A stretch of DNA of 64,000 bases from an uncultured Flavobacteriaceae bacterium (lineage in GTDB: Bacteria; Bacteroidota; Bacteroidia; Flavobacteriales; Weeksellaceae). Position 1 is the stretch's first letter, and every line of letters begins with the position of its first letter. The stretch is from assembly GCA_963530615.1 (NCBI GenBank), contig CAUSDX010000003.1:22181-86180 (forward strand), written 5' to 3'. The notes under the pieces are model-generated. The model made no database searches and was not told where the DNA came from. It worked only from the letters and a program-made list of their open reading frames with translations. Below are positions 40,979 through 50,617 of this stretch, one piece after another. A program made the position numbers and the translations under genes.

Positions 40979-42217
40979 ATGAAAGAGAAATTTTTGCAAA
41001 CTCTATGGAAAAATAAAGTTTTCAATCCATTAAACTTTCGAGATACGGAAGGAAATGCGATTGAAATTTTAGAGTTTGGTGTAATCAACCCCAATTCTGG
41101 ACCTGACTTTCATTCTGCAAAAATTAGAACTCAAAATTTAACTTTTTATGGGAATATAGAAATCCATATTAAATCTTCCGATTGGTATGCTCATAAACAT
41201 CAATATCAGAAAGAATATGAAAGTATTATTTTACATATCGTTTTTGAACATGATAAAGACATTCCTGAACTTAAAGCAAGAAACATTCCCACCATTGAAC
41301 TCAAAAATTATATAAATCCCAACTTACTCTCCTCAGAAAAATTCCACTCTAATACTGAATTTATTGCTTGTGAAAAAATATTCAATATTAAAAAAATTCC
41401 GTTTTATTTCTCCAAAGAAATAATTCTACAAAAACTAACCGAAAAAGACAAGGAAATCCAACAATCACTTAAACTCTCAAAAAATAATTTTGAAGCGGTT
41501 CTTTTCCAAAAAATTGCTTATACTTTTGGTTTGAAAGTAAATGCTGATATTTTCCTAAATATTGCTCAAAATATTGATTTTAAAATCATTAAAAAGGCTT
41601 CACAAAACCCTTTCCAATTAGAATCTTTATTCTTCGGAAAAGCAAATTTACTCCATGAAGATATAACAGATTCTAAACCTTGGCAAAAAGAATATGAATT
41701 TTTACAAAAGAAATTTCAGTTGAATGAAATTAATTTTCCAGCTCAGTTTCTAAGACTCATGCCCGCTTCATTCCCCACCATTCGGCTTTCTCAATTGGCA
41801 ATACTTTACCATACTCACCAAAATTTATTTTCAAAAATCATCAATGCTGAAAGCACTCAAGAGTTAAAAACTCTTTTTCTGAACATCTCTACTACTCCTT
41901 ATTGGGAAAACCATTTCGTTTTTGGAAAAGAAACTTCCCAAAAACACAAAACTTTGTCATCCGATTTTATAGATATTATTTTAATAAATGCTATTTTTCC
42001 AATCATTTACACTTATCATAAAAATGAATCTGATATTTTAGACAAAATGTATACATTTTATAAAAGCTTAAAACCTGAGAAAAATTCTGTTATCAAAAAA
42101 TGGAAAAATTTAGGAGCCGATATTCAGTCCGCTTTGGATTCTCAAGCTTTTCTATACCTTTATAAAAACTATTGTTCACAAAAAAAATGTACTAATTGTC
42201 CTCAAATTAACTTTTAA
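40979..42217 (+). CDS. DUF2851 family protein
   Basis: 412 aa. The N-terminus (LQTLWKNKVF...GPDF..A....GNIEIH.KSSDW..H.H) is typical of the family as I remember it. Confidence 0.6.
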   Translation: MKEKFLQTLWKNKVFNPLNFRDTEGNAIEILEFGVINPNSGPDFHSAKIRTQNLTFYGNIEIHIKSSDWYAHKHQYQKEYESIILHIVFEHDKDIPELKARNIPTIELKNYINPNLLSSEKFHSNTEFIACEKIFNIKKIPFYFSKEIILQKLTEKDKEIQQSLKLSKNNFEAVLFQKIAYTFGLKVNADIFLNIAQNIDFKIIKKASQNPFQLESLFFGKANLLHEDITDSKPWQKEYEFLQKKFQLNEINFPAQFLRLMPASFPTIRLSQLAILYHTHQNLFSKIINAESTQELKTLFLNISTTPYWENHFVFGKETSQKHKTLSSDFIDIILINAIFPIIYTYHKNESDILDKMYTFYKSLKPEKNSVIKKWKNLGADIQSALDSQAFLYLYKNYCSQKKCTNCPQINF

Positions 42218-42237
42218 TCATTAAATACAATAATCTT

Positions 42238-42750
42238 ATGAATTTTTTATCTTCTTTATCCTTAGAAATTAAACAACAAATCTTCCAATCTTACCTCTCA
42301 TCTTTCCCAGAAGATGAACGCAGAGACGAGAATGACTTTTGGGCTATTTTTAACAATCCTAATGCTCAAGTTTTATCTATTTCTGAAAGTCAACAACCCA
42401 TAGGCTACCTCATCCTCTGGCAAATTTTGGATTTTATATTCATTGAGCATTTTGAAGTGTTTGAAAATTTTAGAGGAAGAAGTCTAGGTTCAAAAATTCT
42501 TAATGAATTGATAAAAAAACACAGTAAAATAATTTTAGAAACAGAGCCTTCTACTCTCAATGATATTGCAAAAAGAAGAGTCAAATTTTATCAAAGAAAT
42601 CATTTTGAAATTTTAGATAAAAACTACATTCAACCGAGTTATGGCATTGGTAAGAACCCTCTCAATTTATGGTTAATGGGAACTTTTACTCCTAAAAATA
42701 TAGAAAAATATATTCATGAAATCTATAAAATCGTTTACCAAAAAAAATAA
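42238..42750 (+). CDS. GNAT family N-acetyltransferase
   Basis: 170 aa with the acetyl-CoA motif FRGRSLGSKIL. Confidence 0.75.
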   Translation: MNFLSSLSLEIKQQIFQSYLSSFPEDERRDENDFWAIFNNPNAQVLSISESQQPIGYLILWQILDFIFIEHFEVFENFRGRSLGSKILNELIKKHSKIILETEPSTLNDIAKRRVKFYQRNHFEILDKNYIQPSYGIGKNPLNLWLMGTFTPKNIEKYIHEIYKIVYQKK

Positions 42751-42769
42751 CATTTTAAGTTATTATTCT

Positions 42770-42777
42770 TAATTTTG
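42770..42777 (+). promoter_or_regulatory. Bacteroidota -7 promoter box (TAATTTTG)
   Basis: Matches TAnnTTTG, 20 nt upstream of the ATG at 42797, at the head of a 4-gene operon. Confidence 0.55.
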
Positions 42778-42796
42778 CCTCTAACAAAAATCCAAA

Positions 42797-43681
42797 ATGA
42801 AAAAATACTTAAAACTTCTCCGTGTAGAACAATGGGTTAAAAATACATTCGTATTTCTTCCCATTTTCTTTTCAGGACACTTCATTTCCCCTGATTTTTT
42901 GGTAAAAAGTATCTTTGCATTTATCATATTTTCGCTCACTGCAAGTAGTATTTATATTCTCAATGATTATTTAGATATAGAGGCAGATAGAAAACACCCT
43001 GAAAAATGCAAAAGACCTTTAGCATCAGGTGAAATCAGTAAACATGAAGCAAAAATTATTTTTGGTGGACTGATTGGCATTTGCTTTATTTTAATCGTCC
43101 TTGGACAAGAATATCTTAATAAAAATTTGAGCAAATTTATTTTCATCATTGGAAGTTATTTTGTTCTCAATATTGCTTATACATTGAAACTGAAACATAT
43201 TGCAATTATTGATATCACTATCATTGCGATTGGTTTTGTTTTAAGAGTTTTCGCTGGAGGATATTCCACAGGATTGATGATTTCTCAATGGGCTATCCTT
43301 TTAACTTTTATTTTAGCTTTAGTTTTAGCAATTGGCAAAAGAAGAGGAGAGTTAATTAACTCTCAAATCACGGGAAAAACAAGAAAAGCACTAGATGGTT
43401 ATAATATTCAATTTGCAGATATTGCTTTGGCTATCAGCTGCAGTTTAGCCATTATTTTTTATATTATGTTTACCCTTTCTCCCGAAGTACAGAATAGATT
43501 TAACGAAAAAATATTTTATACCTCATTTTTTGTAGGTTTCTCTTTTTTGAGATATTTACAGCAGACTTTGGTATATAATAAAACTGAATCGCCTACCAAA
43601 ATAGTCTATAAAGACCGATACATTCAGGTAACTATGGTACTTTGGTTTATTACTTTCATCCTTTTAATTTACTTCAAATAA
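42797..43681 (+). CDS. UbiA-family prenyl-phosphate phosphoribosyltransferase (decaprenyl-phosphate PRPP transferase-like)
   Basis: 294 aa, polytopic, with the NDYLDIEADR Asp-rich motif. It is followed by DprE1/DprE2-like genes. Confidence 0.8.
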   Translation: MKKYLKLLRVEQWVKNTFVFLPIFFSGHFISPDFLVKSIFAFIIFSLTASSIYILNDYLDIEADRKHPEKCKRPLASGEISKHEAKIIFGGLIGICFILIVLGQEYLNKNLSKFIFIIGSYFVLNIAYTLKLKHIAIIDITIIAIGFVLRVFAGGYSTGLMISQWAILLTFILALVLAIGKRRGELINSQITGKTRKALDGYNIQFADIALAISCSLAIIFYIMFTLSPEVQNRFNEKIFYTSFFVGFSFLRYLQQTLVYNKTESPTKIVYKDRYIQVTMVLWFITFILLIYFK

Positions 43682-44994
43682 TGAAACCTAATTTTATACA
43701 AAAAGTTTCCAATTGGGGAAATTACCCCGTGGTAAAAAAAGAAATGCGTGCCGAAGAAAATTATGAAGATATTAAGAAATTTATCTTGAATCATAATGAA
43801 GTCATCGCTCGTGGTAACGGAAGATGCTACGGAGATGCCTCCCTAGGTGAAGCTATCTTTTCTACAAGAAAACTTAATAAATTCATTAGTTTTGATAGAA
43901 TCAATGGTATTTTAGAATGTGAATCTGGAGTTCTACTTTCAGAAATACTTGATGTCATCGTCCCACAAGGATATTTTCTATATGTAACACCTGGTACTAG
44001 CCTAATTACCATTGGTGGAGCTATCGCCTCTGATGTCCATGGAAAAAATCACCACTCGGAAGGTAGTTTTACCGAATATGTGATTGAATTTTCTATCATG
44101 GTAGAAAATGGAGACATTAAAAAATGTTCTCGAGAAGAAAATTTCGATTTGTTTTGGGCTACAATCGGCGGAATGGGACTTACAGGAATTATCCTTTCTG
44201 CAAAATTTAGATTAAAAAATATTGAAACCGCTTACATTCGTCAAGAACAAATCAAAGCTAATAATCTAGATGAGATTTTTCAATTATTTGAAGAGAGCGA
44301 AAACTGGACTTATACTGTCGCATGGATAGATTGTTTACAAAAAGGAGAAAATATTGGGCGTTCTATCATGATGAGAGGAGAACATGCCTTAAAAAGTGAA
44401 TTACCCTTAAAACTCCAAGAAAAAGCTCTAGAATTAAAAAAGAAATTTACCCCTACCATACCTTTTTATTTTCCAAATTTCATCTTAAACACCTTAAGTG
44501 TGAAAATATTTAATTGGATTTTTTTCAATAAACAAAAAAAGGAAGTTAAAAATATTGTAGATTATAAAACATTTTTCTATCCACTAGACATCATCAATGA
44601 TTGGAATAAAATTTATGGTAAAAAAGGATTTATACAATATCAAATGATTATCCCTAAAAAACATGGAAAAGAAGGAATGAAACGCATTTTAGAAACCATT
44701 GCCAAGAGTGGTCAAGGTTCATTTCTTGCCGTACTAAAGCTCTACGGAGCATCTCACCCTCAATCTTATAATTCCTTCCCTATTGAGGGATATTCGGTAG
44801 CCTTAGACTTCAAAATTAACTCTCAATTAAAACAATTAGTAAGTAATTTAGATAACATAGTAGAAGAGTTTGGAGGTAGAATTTATTTGACGAAAGATAG
44901 TATGAGTAAACCATCTCTTACCAATTATCTAAAAAATACAGATTCTACTAAATTTGTTTCCCTTCAAAGTAAAAGAATAAAAAATAATTATTAA
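43681..44994 (+). CDS. FAD-binding oxidoreductase, DprE1-like
   Basis: The start was moved to the ATG at 43681 (TAATG overlap with the upstream stop). The ARGNGRCYGD and GGAIASDVHGKNHH motifs indicate an FAD_binding_4 domain. Confidence 0.8.
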   Translation: MKPNFIQKVSNWGNYPVVKKEMRAEENYEDIKKFILNHNEVIARGNGRCYGDASLGEAIFSTRKLNKFISFDRINGILECESGVLLSEILDVIVPQGYFLYVTPGTSLITIGGAIASDVHGKNHHSEGSFTEYVIEFSIMVENGDIKKCSREENFDLFWATIGGMGLTGIILSAKFRLKNIETAYIRQEQIKANNLDEIFQLFEESENWTYTVAWIDCLQKGENIGRSIMMRGEHALKSELPLKLQEKALELKKKFTPTIPFYFPNFILNTLSVKIFNWIFFNKQKKEVKNIVDYKTFFYPLDIINDWNKIYGKKGFIQYQMIIPKKHGKEGMKRILETIAKSGQGSFLAVLKLYGASHPQSYNSFPIEGYSVALDFKINSQLKQLVSNLDNIVEEFGGRIYLTKDSMSKPSLTNYLKNTDSTKFVSLQSKRIKNNY

Positions 44995-44995
44995 A

Positions 44996-45721
44996 ATGGT
45001 CATTTTAGGTAGTAATTCAGAAGTTGCACAGGCATTCGTAGAAAAATATTTAAGTAGTGGAGAAAAAATTAAAAATCTTTATCTATTCACTTCTAACGAA
45101 CAGAATACCAAGAGATTCGCACAACATATCTATGTAAAATATCTTCAAGAAAGCACAACTATCCCTTTAGATATTACCAAAGAAATTGATTACAAAAAAC
45201 TAGAAGAAATTGATGCTGATTTACTTTTTTGTGCTACAGGATTTTTAGGAAAAAATACTCAAGAAGGACTTTATGATAATGATAATACTCAAAAAATTAT
45301 TGACATCAATTATGCTAAGTTGATTCCTCTCTTGAATTTTTTTGCAAAAAAAATGGAAGCCAAAAGAAACGGTACCATTATCGCCCTTTCCTCTGTGGCA
45401 GGAGAAAGAGGGAGGCAAAGCAATTTCATTTACGGAAGTGCTAAAGCTGGTTTTACAGCCTATCTAAGTGGATTAAGAAACTATCTTTTTAACAAAAAAG
45501 TAAGGGTCATGACCGTAAAACCTGGTTTTATGGACACAAAAATGACCACAGGACTACCTCTTAACCCAAAACTAACTGCTACACCTCAACAAGCTGCGAA
45601 CTACATTTATAGAGGCTACAAAAATAAAAAAGATGAAATTTATGTTCTGCCTATATGGTGGTTAATCATGTTGATTATCAGAAATATTCCTGAATTTATT
45701 TTCAAAAAAATGAAATTATAA
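44996..45721 (+). CDS. short-chain dehydrogenase/reductase, DprE2-like
   Basis: 241 aa with an SDR catalytic YGSAK motif. Only a 1-nt gap separates it from the upstream gene. Confidence 0.75.
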   Translation: MVILGSNSEVAQAFVEKYLSSGEKIKNLYLFTSNEQNTKRFAQHIYVKYLQESTTIPLDITKEIDYKKLEEIDADLLFCATGFLGKNTQEGLYDNDNTQKIIDINYAKLIPLLNFFAKKMEAKRNGTIIALSSVAGERGRQSNFIYGSAKAGFTAYLSGLRNYLFNKKVRVMTVKPGFMDTKMTTGLPLNPKLTATPQQAANYIYRGYKNKKDEIYVLPIWWLIMLIIRNIPEFIFKKMKL

Positions 45722-45727
45722 AATCCT

Positions 45728-46315
45728 ATGAAAAAACTTTACTGCTTCGATTTTGATGGCACCATTACAAAAAAAGACACGATGTTTTCATTCTTAAAAT
45801 TTTATAATAAACGAAAATTTTATCTCAATTTTATGAAGCATTTACCTTTTTTTATCATGCTAAAACTTAATTTATCCGAAGCAGAACGAGTAAAAAAAAA
45901 CTTTGTATCTTCCATTCTAAAAGGAGAAAAAGAAACCAAAATTCAGCAAAAAGCAATATCTTTTTTTGAAAAAAACTATCCTTATATTCTGCGAGAAAAA
46001 GCCTTAAATTTCATTCAAAATATAGATAGAAATAATTCTGAATGTTATTTAGTTACTGCATCTTTGGATATTTGGGTAAAACCTTTTTCTGAAAAATTAA
46101 ATTTAAAACTTCTATCCACCCAAGCTAAATTTGAACACGGAATTTATATTGGCGAATTCGCAACAAAAAATTGTAACGGAATAGAAAAAGTTAATCGCAT
46201 AAAAGAAGTTATAAAAAACCAATCCTTTAATAAAATCATCGCTTTTGGAGATACCTCTGGCGATAAAGAAATGTTAGTTTGGGCAGATGAAGGACATTAC
46301 AAATTTTTTCATTAA
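45728..46315 (+). CDS. HAD-IB family phosphatase
   Basis: 195 aa with the DFDGT nucleophile motif and a C-terminal GDTSGD. Confidence 0.8.
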   Translation: MKKLYCFDFDGTITKKDTMFSFLKFYNKRKFYLNFMKHLPFFIMLKLNLSEAERVKKNFVSSILKGEKETKIQQKAISFFEKNYPYILREKALNFIQNIDRNNSECYLVTASLDIWVKPFSEKLNLKLLSTQAKFEHGIYIGEFATKNCNGIEKVNRIKEVIKNQSFNKIIAFGDTSGDKEMLVWADEGHYKFFH

Positions 46316-46335
46316 TTTAGCATAAATTTAGAGAT

Positions 46336-46821
46336 ATGAAAAAAATATTGATATTCAGTTTGTTAAGTTTTTTCCCTTTCTCATATGCTCAAAAACATAA
46401 AAATCATATGAAAGAGGAAGAAATTACTTTTTCCACAGAAAAGTTTATTTTTTATTTTGACCATACTAATGGAACAAAAACTAAGAATTTCACGATTCTA
46501 AAAAAACAAAAACAACTAAACCAAGCCCTCAATGAAAGGAAGTTATTTATTACCGAAGAACTACAAGCTTCTGGTATTTATCTTAAATTTCCAAGAAATC
46601 AAAAAGTAATTTTATATAATTTTGGAGAAATGCGTTCTGGAATCTACCAGATTAAAGGCATTGATAAAATCAAATTAGCAAAAGATAATCTAGAAGTTTA
46701 TTTGATAAAAGAAAAAAATATTGAACAGAATTCAAAACTACAAGTTCAAGTCATAACTTATCCCAAAATGATTTTCTCCATTCCCAAAAAATTTAACTTC
46801 AAAAACATCATTATCAAATAA
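46336..46821 (+). CDS. secreted hypothetical protein
   Basis: 161 aa with a signal peptide (FPFSYAQ). No motif recognised. Confidence 0.55.
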   Translation: MKKILIFSLLSFFPFSYAQKHKNHMKEEEITFSTEKFIFYFDHTNGTKTKNFTILKKQKQLNQALNERKLFITEELQASGIYLKFPRNQKVILYNFGEMRSGIYQIKGIDKIKLAKDNLEVYLIKEKNIEQNSKLQVQVITYPKMIFSIPKKFNFKNIIIK

Positions 46822-46823
46822 AT

Positions 46824-47993
46824 ATGAATAAAATATATTTAGACAATGCAGCTACTACTCCTCTTAATGAGGAAGTCATTGATACTATGATTTCTGTAAT
46901 GAGAAAACAGTATGGTAACCCTTCATCTATTCATAGCATAGGACAAGAAGCTAAATCTTTAATCGAAGAAACCCGTAGAAAGATTGCTGAATATCTAAAA
47001 GTAACTCCTAGCGAAATCATTTTCACCTCATGTGGCACAGAATCTAATAATATGATTATCAAATCTTCTGTAGATAATTTAGGCGTTCAAAGAATTATTT
47101 CTTCACCGATGGAGCATAAATGCGTTACTGAAACCTGCCTTGAAATGAAAAATAAGAAAGGGGTAGAATTAGTTTATGTAAAACATCTTGACAAAGGAGA
47201 AATTGATTTAGTTGACTTAGAAAAAAAACTACAATCATCCGATAAAAAGACCTTGGTGAGTTTAATGCATGCAAATAATGAAGTTGGAAACCTTCTTGAT
47301 ATTGAAAAAGTTAGTGAAATTTGTAAAAAATATAATGCACTTTTCCATTCTGACACTGTACAAACCATCGGACATTTGGATTTAGATTTTGCTAAAATTC
47401 CATTAGATTTTGCTTCATGCAGTGCCCATAAATTTCATGGTCCTAAGGGAAGTGGCTTTGCGTTCATCAGAAAATCTTCAGGATTGAAGCCTATTATTGT
47501 AGGGGGTACTCAAGAACGAGGTTTAAGAGCAGGTACAGAAAATGTAATTGGAATTGTAGGATTAGGAAAAGCATTGGATATAGCAGTTCAAAATCTAGAT
47601 ACTTATACTCAATATATTCAAGAAATTAAAGATTATGCGATAAAAAAACTCTCCCAAGCCTTTCTTGAAATTAAATTTAATGGCTTTTCGGCAGATAAAG
47701 AAAAAAGTCTTTACACCGTTTTAAGTTTATCGCTACCTTTCAAAAATCCACTAATAGGACTACTATTAGATATGAGAGGTATTGCTATTTCACAAGGAAG
47801 TGCTTGTAGCTCAGGGGCTTCCAAACCGTCCATGGTACTGATGACTTTACAATCTGATGAAGAAATGGAAAATACAACACCTTTAAGGATATCTTTTTCT
47901 CATCAAACCACAACAGTAGAGATTGATAGTCTCGTTAACGCTTTAAAAGAAATCGCAAATGAAAATAGAAAAATAGAAATAATCAATAATTAG
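46824..47993 (+). CDS. cysteine desulfurase (NifS/IscS class)
   Basis: 389 aa. NAATTP, SAHKFHGPKG (PLP-lysine) and the active-site SACSS loop are present. Confidence 0.9.
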   Translation: MNKIYLDNAATTPLNEEVIDTMISVMRKQYGNPSSIHSIGQEAKSLIEETRRKIAEYLKVTPSEIIFTSCGTESNNMIIKSSVDNLGVQRIISSPMEHKCVTETCLEMKNKKGVELVYVKHLDKGEIDLVDLEKKLQSSDKKTLVSLMHANNEVGNLLDIEKVSEICKKYNALFHSDTVQTIGHLDLDFAKIPLDFASCSAHKFHGPKGSGFAFIRKSSGLKPIIVGGTQERGLRAGTENVIGIVGLGKALDIAVQNLDTYTQYIQEIKDYAIKKLSQAFLEIKFNGFSADKEKSLYTVLSLSLPFKNPLIGLLLDMRGIAISQGSACSSGASKPSMVLMTLQSDEEMENTTPLRISFSHQTTTVEIDSLVNALKEIANENRKIEIINN

Positions 47994-48021
47994 TATAGAT
48001 TATTTTCTATAAACTTTATTG

Positions 48022-48029
48022 TATTTTTG
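48022..48029 (+). promoter_or_regulatory. Bacteroidota -7 promoter box (TATTTTTG)
   Basis: Matches TAnnTTTG, 30 nt upstream of the ATG at 48059. Confidence 0.5.
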
Positions 48030-48058
48030 TATTAAGTTTTAATAAAAAATATATAATT

Positions 48059-48376
48059 ATGGCATTAGAATTTACAGACGGAACTTTTAAAGAATCCGTG
48101 TTACAATCAGATAAACCAGTATTAGTAGATTTTTGGGCTTCTTGGTGTGGTCCTTGTAGAATGCTTAGCCCTGTGATAGAGCAACTACATAATGAATTTG
48201 AAGGAAAAGCTTTAATTGGAAAAGTAAATGTAGATAACAACCAACAAGTTTCTGCAGAATATGGTATTAGAAGTATTCCTACGGTTTTAATCTTCAAAAA
48301 CGGTGAAGTTGTAGACAAAATAGTGGGAGTTTCTCCAAAAGAAACCTATATTGAAAAAATCAATGCTCATCTATAA
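48059..48376 (+). CDS. trxA: thioredoxin
   Basis: 105 aa with the WCGPC active site. Confidence 0.95.
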   Translation: MALEFTDGTFKESVLQSDKPVLVDFWASWCGPCRMLSPVIEQLHNEFEGKALIGKVNVDNNQQVSAEYGIRSIPTVLIFKNGEVVDKIVGVSPKETYIEKINAHL

Positions 48377-48394
48377 AAAACAACACTGAAAATG

Positions 48395-48427
48395 AGTGCT
48401 TTCTAAAAAAGAAAGCACTTTTATTTT
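48395..48427 (+). terminator. intrinsic terminator after trxA
   Basis: 9-bp stem agtgctttc/gaaagcact followed by a T-run. Confidence 0.7.
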
Positions 48428-48457
48428 CAAAATATTTGTTACTTATAATTATTATTG

Positions 48458-48465
48458 TATATTTG
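48458..48465 (+). promoter_or_regulatory. Bacteroidota -7 promoter box (TATATTTG) for the tRNA-Asp pair
   Basis: Matches TAnnTTTG, about 40 nt upstream of the first tRNA. Confidence 0.5.
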
Positions 48466-48505
48466 CAATCACAAAACGAGAGATGTAGTTCTTAAACAAT
48501 AAAAA

Positions 48506-48579
48506 GATCCGGTAGTTCAGTTGGTTAGAATGCCGCCCTGTCACGGCGGAGGTCGCGGGTTCGAGTCCCGTCCGGATCG
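48506..48579 (+). tRNA. tRNA-Asp (GTC)
   Basis: The 74-nt cloverleaf has acceptor gatccgg/ccggatc, a D-arm tagttcagttggttagaa, the anticodon loop ccTGTCAcg (anticodon GTC), and a T-arm gcgggttcgagtcccgt. CCA is not encoded. Confidence 0.9.
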
Positions 48580-48607
48580 CAAGATTTAATTTATTCCAAA
48601 GACTACT

Positions 48608-48681
48608 GATCCGGTAGTTCAGTTGGTTAGAATGCCGCCCTGTCACGGCGGAGGTCGCGGGTTCGAGTCCCGTCCGGATCG
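48608..48681 (+). tRNA. tRNA-Asp (GTC), identical second copy
   Basis: By eye this is the same 74-nt sequence as 48506-48579, with a 28-nt spacer between the two. Confidence 0.9.
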
Positions 48682-48684
48682 CAA

Positions 48685-48720
48685 AAAAGCTTTTCAATAT
48701 AGAAAAGCTTTTTTTGTTTT
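48685..48720 (+). terminator. intrinsic terminator after the tRNA pair
   Basis: 11-bp stem aaaagcttttc/gaaaagctttt followed by a T-run. Confidence 0.75.
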
Positions 48721-48816
48721 ATATTCTATTTTGCTATACAAAATTATTTTTCTCTTTCAAGATTAAACAAAATTTTATTTAATTTAGCCAAATAATTCAC
48801 AAAGTTAAGTTTCATT

Positions 48817-49536
48817 ATGACAAAATTAAGTGTAAATATCAATAAAATAGCTACTCTACGAAATTCCCGAGGAGGAAACCTCCCAAGTGTAACCGAAGCC
48901 GCAATAAGAATCCAAGAATTCGGGGCGGAAGGCATTACCATACACCCAAGACCCGACCAAAGACATATTACAAGACAAGATGTTTATGATTTAAAGCCAT
49001 TAATATATACGGAATTTAACATTGAGGGCAATCCTCATCGACATTTTGTTGATATGGTTTTAGAAGTAAAACCCACACAAGTAACCCTTGTACCTGATGC
49101 TGATAATGCCCTAACTTCTAATGCAGGTTGGGATACCAAAACCCATTTGGAATATCTCACAGAGATTATTACAGAATTCAAAAACGCAGGAATTAGAACT
49201 TCCATTTTCCTTGACCCAAAACCTGAACTTTGTGAATATGCAGCAAAAACAGGAACTGACAGAATAGAACTTTACACCGAAGCTTATGCTTCCCACTATC
49301 ATCAAAATAGAGAACTTGCCCTAAAACCTTATTTAGAAACAGCTATTAAAGCAACAGAGTATGGTCTTGGAATCAACGCAGGACATGATTTAAGTTTAGA
49401 AAACTTACAATATTTTGCAGAGAATATTCCTAATCTCTTGGAGGTGTCCATCGGGCATGCACTCATCAGCGATGCTCTTTATATGGGCATGGAAAACACC
49501 ATTCAGGCTTACTTAAAAAGATTAGAGATAAAATAA
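48817..49536 (+). CDS. pdxJ: pyridoxine 5'-phosphate synthase
   Basis: 239 aa. LSVNINKIATLRNSRGG, ITIHPRPDQRHI and NAGHDL are present. Confidence 0.95.
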   Translation: MTKLSVNINKIATLRNSRGGNLPSVTEAAIRIQEFGAEGITIHPRPDQRHITRQDVYDLKPLIYTEFNIEGNPHRHFVDMVLEVKPTQVTLVPDADNALTSNAGWDTKTHLEYLTEIITEFKNAGIRTSIFLDPKPELCEYAAKTGTDRIELYTEAYASHYHQNRELALKPYLETAIKATEYGLGINAGHDLSLENLQYFAENIPNLLEVSIGHALISDALYMGMENTIQAYLKRLEIK

Positions 49537-49538
49537 TC

Positions 49539-49829
49539 ATGCCCAAGAAAAGAGAATTTCAATCATCAGAATTGGTGAAATCTTTAGCAAAAATATATGG
49601 TTTTGAAGATGTTTTGACCGCTTTTAAAATCAAGGATTTTTTAGAAGAATACCTTGATGAGATGCTGTTTAATGAAATAGAAGGTGTAAGAATCAAAAAC
49701 CAAATTCTTACGCTTAGAATAAAATCTCCGCTTCTCAAAAATGATTTCCAAATGAGAAAGTCTTTCTATATCAAGAAAATCTCCCAAGCAGTAGAAAATG
49801 TTAAAATCACAGACCTACAAATTATTTAA
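49539..49829 (+). CDS. DUF721 (DciA-like) domain protein
   Basis: 96 aa. The size and the pattern (...W.......I...T....I.....L.I...S......L) fit small flavobacterial DUF721 proteins. Confidence 0.5.
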   Translation: MPKKREFQSSELVKSLAKIYGFEDVLTAFKIKDFLEEYLDEMLFNEIEGVRIKNQILTLRIKSPLLKNDFQMRKSFYIKKISQAVENVKITDLQII

Positions 49830-50466
49830 GATGAATCGTGTTCATCTGTCTCAACACCCATTGATGTTTCTTTTTCAGAGCAGGAGTAGAATTTTTCGGG
49901 TCATAAGATTTCGGGTTTGGTAAAACTACAGCAATCCATGCTGCTTCTGATTTCGTCAAATCCTTTGCAGATTTTTGGAAATAATACTTTGCCGCTGCCT
50001 CTACCCCAAAAACACCCTGCCCCATCTCAATGGAATTCAAATAACGCTCTAAAATAATATCCTTACTCCAAAACTTTTCTATTACAAAAGTATAACCCAC
50101 TTCTAAACCTTTTCTTAGCCAACTTCTTCCATTCCAAAGAAAAATATTCTTTGCTGTTTGCTGAGAAATTGTACTTCCGCCGCGGATTTTACCCCCCTTT
50201 TGATTGTGGGCAATTGCCTTTTCTATAGCTGACACATCAAAACCTGAATGCGTGTAAAACTTCTGATCTTCAGAGGCGATAACCGCTTTTTTCACCCAAT
50301 CCCCCATTTCATCAAAAGAAATATAATCACGGTCTAATTTTTGGTATAAAATAACCCCTTCTATCTGAGTCCAAGTAATAATTGGATTAAAAAAACGCCC
50401 CCATGCTATTGCTAAAATATTTAAAACAATAACAACATAAACTATTTGCTTGATTACCTTGAACAT
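49822..50466 (-). CDS. mtgA: monofunctional biosynthetic peptidoglycan transglycosylase
   Basis: 214 aa with a TM anchor and the GT51 motifs ASEDQKFYTHSGFD, GGSTISQQTAKN and RYLN. Confidence 0.92.
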   Translation of the reverse strand: MFKVIKQIVYVVIVLNILAIAWGRFFNPIITWTQIEGVILYQKLDRDYISFDEMGDWVKKAVIASEDQKFYTHSGFDVSAIEKAIAHNQKGGKIRGGSTISQQTAKNIFLWNGRSWLRKGLEVGYTFVIEKFWSKDIILERYLNSIEMGQGVFGVEAAAKYYFQKSAKDLTKSEAAWIAVVLPNPKSYDPKNSTPALKKKHQWVLRQMNTIHLK

Positions 50467-50494
50467 CTTTTATTTTTTTATTAGAAATTGGGAG

Positions 50495-50502
50495 CAAAGA
50501 TA
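50495..50502 (-). promoter_or_regulatory. Bacteroidota -7 promoter box for mtgA (caaagata on the plus strand = TATCTTTG on the minus strand)
   Basis: Reverse-complement match to TAnnTTTG, 29 nt upstream of the mtgA start at 50466. Confidence 0.5.
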
Positions 50503-50617
50503 ATTTTTTTATTTCATCTCTTTTATAAAACCTAAAATTTCACAATTTTTTTTGAATAAATCAGATAAGAATCTTATCTTCGCGACTAAATTTTTACAAT
50601 AAATAAAGTATTGGCTT

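Noticed and set aside
48452-48697. 81-aa minus-strand ORF with an internal duplication (RTGLEPATSAVTGRHSNQLNYRI twice).
   Set aside because: It is the antisense translation of the two identical tRNA-Asp genes.
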